Assembly (NCBI GenBank): GCA_945869695.1 | Contig: CAMBPV010000003.1 | Span: 9,687 to 73,686, forward strand | Direction of reading: 5' to 3' | DNA length: 64,000 bases | Source of the DNA: Prosthecobacter debontii | GTDB lineage: Bacteria; Verrucomicrobiota; Verrucomicrobiia; Verrucomicrobiales; Verrucomicrobiaceae | Shown: positions 59,207 to 64,000 of the stretch, in pieces | Layout: every line of letters begins with the position of its first letter | Position numbering within the stretch: the stretch's first letter is position 1 | Notes under the pieces: model-generated | Seen by the model: the letters and a program-made list of their open reading frames with translations, nothing else | What the model was told of the DNA's origin: nothing | The model's database searches: none | Program-made: the position numbers and the translations under genes

Positions 59207-59587
59207 ATGTCGCTCATTGGTCTTGGCATTGATCTGGTCGAAGTCAGGCGCATTCGCGACCTCCTCACAAAACACGGAGAACGCTTCAAAGAACGCACCT
59301 TCACAGATTCCGAAATCCGATACTGCGATTCATGCGCAGACCCTGCCATGCACTACTCAGCACGCTTTGCTGCCAAAGAGGCGGGAGCCAAGGCTTTGGG
59401 CACAGGCTTTTCGGAAGGTGTCAGTTGGAAGGACATCGAGGTCGTCCGAGCCGAGAATGGGGCACCTTCTCTCCACCTTCACGGGGGAGCCAAGGCACTG
59501 GCTGAAAAGAAAGGGGCCACTCAAGCCCTCATTTCTCTGACCCACACCGCCGAAACGGCATCCGCTCAAGTCATCCTCGCCTGCTAG
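59207..59587 (+). CDS. acpS: Holo-[acyl-carrier-protein] synthase
   Basis: IGLGIDLVEV.RI, RFAAKEA..KALG and SLTH motifs; 126 aa. Confidence 0.88.
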   Translation: MSLIGLGIDLVEVRRIRDLLTKHGERFKERTFTDSEIRYCDSCADPAMHYSARFAAKEAGAKALGTGFSEGVSWKDIEVVRAENGAPSLHLHGGAKALAEKKGATQALISLTHTAETASAQVILAC

Positions 59588-59605
59588 ACAACGGGAGATA
59601 TTGCT

Positions 59606-59821
59606 CTAGGCAATCGCGCCTAATTGCCAGACTTCCATGGGAACGCGGGCAACAATTCGGCCGGTGTCATTGCGAACCAAGATTTTTCCATGCACCACTT
59701 CCGGCGTTTCGCCGATGCCTTTGGCGTAATCGATTGCCAGCTCCTTGCCGCAGCCGAGCGCCTGACGAATCCTCGCCACCAATCCAGAAAACTCTTCGTC
59801 ATTCATGTTCTGAGAATACAC
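59606..59821 (-). CDS. Small hypothetical protein (71 aa)
   Basis: Protein-like composition. It sits 31 nt downstream of the thioesterase gene on the same strand. No family recognised. Confidence 0.4.
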   Translation of the reverse strand: MYSQNMNDEEFSGLVARIRQALGCGKELAIDYAKGIGETPEVVHGKILVRNDTGRIVARVPMEVWQLGAIA

Positions 59822-59852
59822 ACGTGTTCAGAGGAATCCAGCGCGTAAAACG

Positions 59853-60269
59853 TCAAATCGAATACTTTTCGAGAACATCTGACGGAATGGGCACGGGTCG
59901 CCCCGTTTCCAAACCGATCAGAGTGAAGTAACACCACCCGAGACACGCTGTTTTTCCGGATTCTGACTTCAGCATCTCGAAGCGAACCTCCACGTCCGAG
60001 CCTCGAATTTCCTCGACCCAGGTTTCCACCTTGAAACGCTCTCCGAGACCGATGGGGCGTTTATACTCCAGATGCGACACCTTCACGACCCAACCGAGAC
60101 CACGCAGGAGAAACTCCCCCATCGACATTCCGTAACATCTTTCCATTTGGTCAAACCGAGCCGCGATCAGGTAATCCAAGTATTTGCTACTGTGAACATG
60201 CCTGAATAGATCGATATCATCCGGCCTCGGCATCATCTCCGTCTCAAATCGGGTTCGCTTTGAATTCAT
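59853..60269 (-). CDS. Acyl-CoA thioesterase (hotdog fold, YbgC/4HBT-like)
   Basis: 138 aa. The D.D...HV....YL.Y opening (PDDIDLFRHVHSSKYLDYL) is typical of 4HBT thioesterases. Confidence 0.75.
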   Translation of the reverse strand: MNSKRTRFETEMMPRPDDIDLFRHVHSSKYLDYLIAARFDQMERCYGMSMGEFLLRGLGWVVKVSHLEYKRPIGLGERFKVETWVEEIRGSDVEVRFEMLKSESGKTACLGWCYFTLIGLETGRPVPIPSDVLEKYSI

Positions 60270-60324
60270 GCGGAACCCTCGTCGCAGGACTTCGATTGAA
60301 GAAGAGAAAATTCGGCCTACTTAC

Positions 60325-62697
60325 TCACGCCGTCTGACGGTTCATCACGAGACTGCGATGAACATTGGATCCCAAAAGAGGCTGAATTAAGTTCAGTGCG
60401 GCATGGACCTGAGCTTTCGAACTGATCGCCTGATCATGCACAAAAAGAACCTCCGTCGCGAAAGGTGCCAAAGGAGCCACGTCGGTGAAACTCCGCAGCA
60501 AGGAGGCCGTATCGAGGATGATCCAGTCGATCCCCGCTTGTTTGGCCCGGTCGATCCAGAAACCATAACCTTCGATCAGCTCGGACACCTGATCTGACGG
60601 CAGGCCACTGGCAGGAAGGACGAAAAGGTTCGTTCCGCCGTAGCGAAGATCCTCGACATCGTGGGCATCGGCTGAGTCGGGGTGAACATTGGGCAACCAT
60701 TGATGGGCACTGGGCGCCGTCGGATTGCACTCGATGAGAAACGCGCTGCGTCCTTGGCTGGTAAACGTAGCCGCCAATGCTGCAGCCACCAGACTCTTTC
60801 CCTCACCCGCTTCGGAACTGGTTACCAGAACCACGCCGGGGCCTTGCTTTTTGCTGCGATTTTTCTCTAGCCCACTCGCCACTTGTCCGAGGGCGGCACC
60901 CGCACCGTGAGCACCCTTTCTCATCATGCCAATCAAGAGAGAGGCCTGGTTATGAGCCGTCACCTCTGGTAAAACGGCAACGATTGAGTCCGCAGTCTCC
61001 ATGACTGCCGCCCTGCCTGAGTGCGTGGTGGGAAGTGTGAATGGCTCGGCTTCCATCGGTTCGGGGTCTGCGGCTTTTGATTCTGCTCCATTCCGGCTGG
61101 CACGAATCGCAGGCATCAGATGGTCTTCTGCCAAACCACAACCCACAGGAAGACCCAAGAACACGAGTCCAAAGAGCATCATGGAAGCGATGCCAGCGAT
61201 CGCCACACTGGGTGAAGAGGGCTTCACCGGAGGAGTCGCGATGTCGGCGACCCGAAGAAGTCCATTCTCTTTGAAATCACCCGTTAATTCAGCCTGATTC
61301 ATCCGAAGCATGATTTTTTGGTAGAGCTCACGATCCATAGCCACCTGATCACGCAAAAGGTTCTGTTGAGCGGTTTTTCCGCTGAATGAAAACACCTTCG
61401 CCCGTGCCTCGTCGAGTTGCTTCTGAAAATCAGCGACTTGGTTGAGCCAATTTTGCTCCTCGGCCGTCAGCATCGCAACCACGTCACCAATGTTCCGCTG
61501 GAGGGTGGACTGAAGACTCTCGATGGCCTCATTCAACGCCCGCATCTTCGGATGATTCGGGCCGCACACTTCAGCCAAAGGCGCCCGCTCAGCCAGTTTA
61601 AGGTCGAGCATTTTCCGGATGGCTGAGACGTCGGAGTTCTCCGCCACGGATTTCATTTCCAGGAGATCTCTACCCGATGCCTGCGCCTTACGCACTGTCT
61701 CAAGATCGTGCCGGATGCGGGTCAGCTTAACCTCTGCGTCAGCCATCGCTGCGGTGAGCAGCTTCACCTTTTCCCCAAACATCTCTTTCACTTCACTGTC
61801 CTGCATGATGTTTTCTGATTGGCGAGTGTCGGCAAGTTGCTTTTCACTTTCCGCCAATCGCCGCTGCAGGGCGGCGCTCTTCTCTTCGAGATAAACGGAA
61901 GCCGTTTTCGTCACACTGAGTTCCTGCTCAGAGACATACTTGATGTAGCCCTCGACGTATTGGTTAGCAATGAGGGCCGCGAGCCTTGGATCCGTGTGAC
62001 GGACCTGGACCCGCAAAACATGCGATTCCTTCAGCGGTTCGACCCGAACAGCTTTGTCCAGCTTCGAGCCGAAATGTGACTCTGGAGTGGATGGTAACAG
62101 GACCGGTGCCAAACCGATCTTTTCACGCAATTCCCGATGCCAGGACTTGTCACCATTTTTCGCAAGCTCGTCAGAGATGAAAGCCATCCGGTCAGTCTCG
62201 GGAAGATGCTCCCAAACGTAGTCCACGTAGCGCCTCGACTTTAACTCGGAGCGGTGATTGTTCACCAGCATCGGCGCACTGAGCTCCGTGATCCGATTTT
62301 GTGCCATTTCTGTGAAGTTAAACACATTGGCATCTTGAATTCGAAGAAGCAATCTCGCCTCGGCCTCATACACCTTCTCACCGAACCCGAGTGCGAAAAA
62401 AGTGAGAGCCGCGATTGGCAAAGCGACCCAAACGGCCAGTTTCCACCTTTTGCTGAAATAACGCATGATGTCCGACAAGCTCACGACCGTGACATCGATG
62501 TTTCCGGGAGGCTGAGGCTCCGCGGTTGGCGTCGCCCGCGGCGCTGGTTGGGACAGGGCTAGTGCTTGGGACGCCGAAATCCGACTTTTGAGAGGCGGCG
62601 CGATATCAGCCAAGGAGTAGGCCGGTGCACTTGTGATCTGGTGAGACAGTTTGCTGTGCATGGTTTCGAGGACTGGAGTTTCTAGGATCGTTCTCAT
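60325..62697 (-). CDS. Polysaccharide co-polymerase (Wzz/GumC-like) fused to a BY-kinase-like P-loop domain
   Basis: Two TM segments bracket a long coiled-coil periplasmic region. The C-terminal P-loop is VVLVTSSEAGEGKSLV and the Walker B-like motif is DWIILDTAS. ATG 62697 is preferred over the track TTG 62763. Confidence 0.75.
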   Translation of the reverse strand: MRTILETPVLETMHSKLSHQITSAPAYSLADIAPPLKSRISASQALALSQPAPRATPTAEPQPPGNIDVTVVSLSDIMRYFSKRWKLAVWVALPIAALTFFALGFGEKVYEAEARLLLRIQDANVFNFTEMAQNRITELSAPMLVNNHRSELKSRRYVDYVWEHLPETDRMAFISDELAKNGDKSWHRELREKIGLAPVLLPSTPESHFGSKLDKAVRVEPLKESHVLRVQVRHTDPRLAALIANQYVEGYIKYVSEQELSVTKTASVYLEEKSAALQRRLAESEKQLADTRQSENIMQDSEVKEMFGEKVKLLTAAMADAEVKLTRIRHDLETVRKAQASGRDLLEMKSVAENSDVSAIRKMLDLKLAERAPLAEVCGPNHPKMRALNEAIESLQSTLQRNIGDVVAMLTAEEQNWLNQVADFQKQLDEARAKVFSFSGKTAQQNLLRDQVAMDRELYQKIMLRMNQAELTGDFKENGLLRVADIATPPVKPSSPSVAIAGIASMMLFGLVFLGLPVGCGLAEDHLMPAIRASRNGAESKAADPEPMEAEPFTLPTTHSGRAAVMETADSIVAVLPEVTAHNQASLLIGMMRKGAHGAGAALGQVASGLEKNRSKKQGPGVVLVTSSEAGEGKSLVAAALAATFTSQGRSAFLIECNPTAPSAHQWLPNVHPDSADAHDVEDLRYGGTNLFVLPASGLPSDQVSELIEGYGFWIDRAKQAGIDWIILDTASLLRSFTDVAPLAPFATEVLFVHDQAISSKAQVHAALNLIQPLLGSNVHRSLVMNRQTA

Positions 62698-62763
62698 GAG
62701 GTCTGACGTGTAGTCGGAGTTTCTCGATGGGGCTAGCCGCTCAACAAGGGAGGAAAGCAGCAA

Positions 62764-63008
62764 GAATCATTATTGATATAATAATCAGAATTGAAAATAG
62801 AGCAAATGTTATTCTGGTTTTTATTGTTTGTTTTATATTTTACCCTTTTATTCAATTTTTCCAACAAGAACCTTGAATTAGGTGTATCCAGCAAAAGACC
62901 GCACGCGATTTATCGGTCCAGTTTCCGACTCTGACTTACTAACGCCATCCGAGAGGACTGAATTCCCAGCCTTGACCCCCTTCCGAATGGGGTGTCAAAT
63001 GAACATCG
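62764..63008. promoter_or_regulatory. AT-rich divergent intergenic region (promoter region for the Wzz/BY-kinase gene and the glutaredoxin-like gene)
   Basis: Hand count gives 27 G/C in the 120 nt 62761-62880 (about 23 percent) in an otherwise GC-rich window. One possible minus-strand sigma70-like pair is TTGCTC (62800-62805), a 16-nt spacer, then TATTAT (62778-62783). Confidence 0.4.
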
Positions 63009-63260
63009 ATGAGCACTCCCTTACCGATCGTCTATATCAAAATTGGCTGCCCTTGGTGTGATGATGTGATCGAGTACCTCGACGGCAAAAAGATTGCTCA
63101 TCGACAAGTGGTCGTTTCCGGCAACCGGGAGGCAATGCAGGAGATGGTGGACCTCAGTGGCCAGAGCAAGGCCCCCACCCTCGAGTGGGATGGCGAGATC
63201 CTCGCCGATTTTGGTGTCGATGAACTCATACCTTTCCTCAAAGCCAAGGGAATCGTTTGA
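63009..63260 (+). CDS. Glutaredoxin-like small redox protein (CPWC active site)
   Basis: 83 aa. IVYIKIGCPWCDDVIEYL plus KAPTLEWDGEIL (cis-Pro region) match the thioredoxin fold. Confidence 0.8.
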   Translation: MSTPLPIVYIKIGCPWCDDVIEYLDGKKIAHRQVVVSGNREAMQEMVDLSGQSKAPTLEWDGEILADFGVDELIPFLKAKGIV

Positions 63261-63397
63261 TCAGATTTGGGAAACCCAATAGCGATAGCCAAGTTTATTT
63301 TCAGTTTGGCTGTAACGTTAAGGCTCATTTCTTGTAGTAACCCGTTGCCGAGGCTTCGGGTCACCGCCCCCCGACAGAGTCGCGGCCCACCCCAAAA

Positions 63398-63616
63398 ATG
63401 AGCGCTAATATTCAGCCTGAAGCTTCTGCCGCCGGAAGCGATGAGTCGGCCAACCTTGGACCTCGACCCACCGAACGCCCGGATTTGGATTTGATCGATG
63501 ACATCTCAAATGCCACGGGGCGAACCCCAAACGAAGTGGAAGCGGCCCTGCTGAACCTTCTTCCCGAACGTCTTCCCAATCAGTCTGACGCCTCCCTACC
63601 CGAGACAGGACCCTGA
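63398..63616 (+). CDS. Small acidic hypothetical protein
   Basis: ATG-started 72-codon ORF with a disordered-looking composition. It lies in an otherwise empty gap. Weak support. Confidence 0.3.
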   Translation: MSANIQPEASAAGSDESANLGPRPTERPDLDLIDDISNATGRTPNEVEAALLNLLPERLPNQSDASLPETGP

Positions 63617-63700
63617 GTCCGTGCCTTGACGGCGGGTTTGAGGAGCGACATCTGCTGTTGACACTGGGGCGCGTTATCGTTTAGAGCAGCAGTGTTATCA

Positions 63701-64000
63701 ATGGCTGTTCACACCTCGAACTCACAACTCGCCGTTTCATACGGTGCCGCTCGCGCAGAGGTCGCCGTATCCGGTCAGAGCCTGCAAGTGAAACTCCCCA
63801 TGCCGTGGTTGGCAGGACCTCAGATCGAGAGCATTCGGCTCAAAGAGGCTGAAATTTCCCAGGCGGGCGCCTTCGTTTTGGCGACTCAGGAGGATCTTAT
63901 CTTCGGCGCCGCCATGGTTGACGCTTCTGAGAAGCTGGAGGGTGCAGCGGAAAGCACGTACCGCGAGCTTCTTAACCTTTCCACAGGCTGGCATCTTCAC
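63701..64000 (+). CDS. 5' part of a CDS running off the right edge (possibly YjgF/chorismatase-like)
   Basis: ATG 63701 opens a frame with no stop to the window end (MAVHTSNSQLAVSYGAARAEVAVSGQSLQVKLPMPWLAGPQIESIRLKEAEISQAGAFVLATQEDLIFGAAMVDASEKLEGAAESTYRELLNLSTGWHLH). It is not in the ORF track and is more protein-like than the antisense track ORF 63737..64000. Confidence 0.45.
   Translation, partial: MAVHTSNSQLAVSYGAARAEVAVSGQSLQVKLPMPWLAGPQIESIRLKEAEISQAGAFVLATQEDLIFGAAMVDASEKLEGAAESTYRELLNLSTGWHLH

Noticed and set aside
63737-64000. 87-aa minus-strand track ORF at the right edge
   Set aside because: Its composition is Cys/Arg/Leu-rich. The opposite-strand frame from ATG 63701 is open to the window end and looks far more protein-like.

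Overview
This is a visibly GC-rich chromosomal segment with tightly packed genes. Several start/stop overlaps (GTGA, ATGA) indicate operons. I call about 58 protein-coding genes, 2 apparent pseudogenes and one tRNA-Glu(UUC). I found no rRNA, CRISPR array or cas gene. I also recognised no transposase, integrase, phage, toxin-antitoxin or restriction-modification genes.

The gene content suggests a Gram-negative bacterium of the PVC group, probably Verrucomicrobiota-like. This is inference only. It rests on a Cys-type sulfatase fused to a lectin-like domain, a DUF1080 protein, a TAT-signal Gfo/Idh/MocA enzyme, an FGE-fold protein, a Pro-rich tail-anchored protein, and WaaA/LptE/BamD envelope genes.

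Layout:
- 1-1489: a split hypothetical gene, then about 0.9 kb without convincing CDS that holds a strictly phased 17 x 22-bp tandem array.
- 1490-37645: mostly housekeeping genes (queD, sulfatase, rsmD, waaA, tRNA-Glu, ybeY, pgpH-like, serS, tilS, metF, a ROK kinase, menF-menD-thyA-menC-like, pfkA, recQ-like, glgP, rsmI, lptE/bamD-like, leuB).
- 37773-51698: an accessory block. It has three secreted serine hydrolases, an esterase gene remnant, a TAT-exported Gfo/Idh/MocA enzyme, and an AraC-controlled sugar-acid-type catabolic operon (two BNR/sialidase-fold proteins, MFS transporter, FG-GAP repeat protein, DHDPS-family lyase, fucose-isomerase-like enzyme).
- 51758-64000: trmO, glpX, an ALDH/Fe-ADH pair, purH, pdxJ, acpS, a thioesterase, an isolated Wzz/BY-kinase-like protein behind a sharply AT-rich island, and a glutaredoxin-like gene.

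I did not find a clear-cut novel defence or mobile system. The best leads are:
1. the 22-bp tandem array;
2. the non-canonical sialidase-fold / FG-GAP / lyase / isomerase locus;
3. a DD-carboxypeptidase homologue whose nucleophile Ser is Gly;
4. the orphan, motif-degenerate BY-kinase;
5. twin palindromes upstream of the men operon.

All family assignments come from motifs read by eye. No database search was possible.
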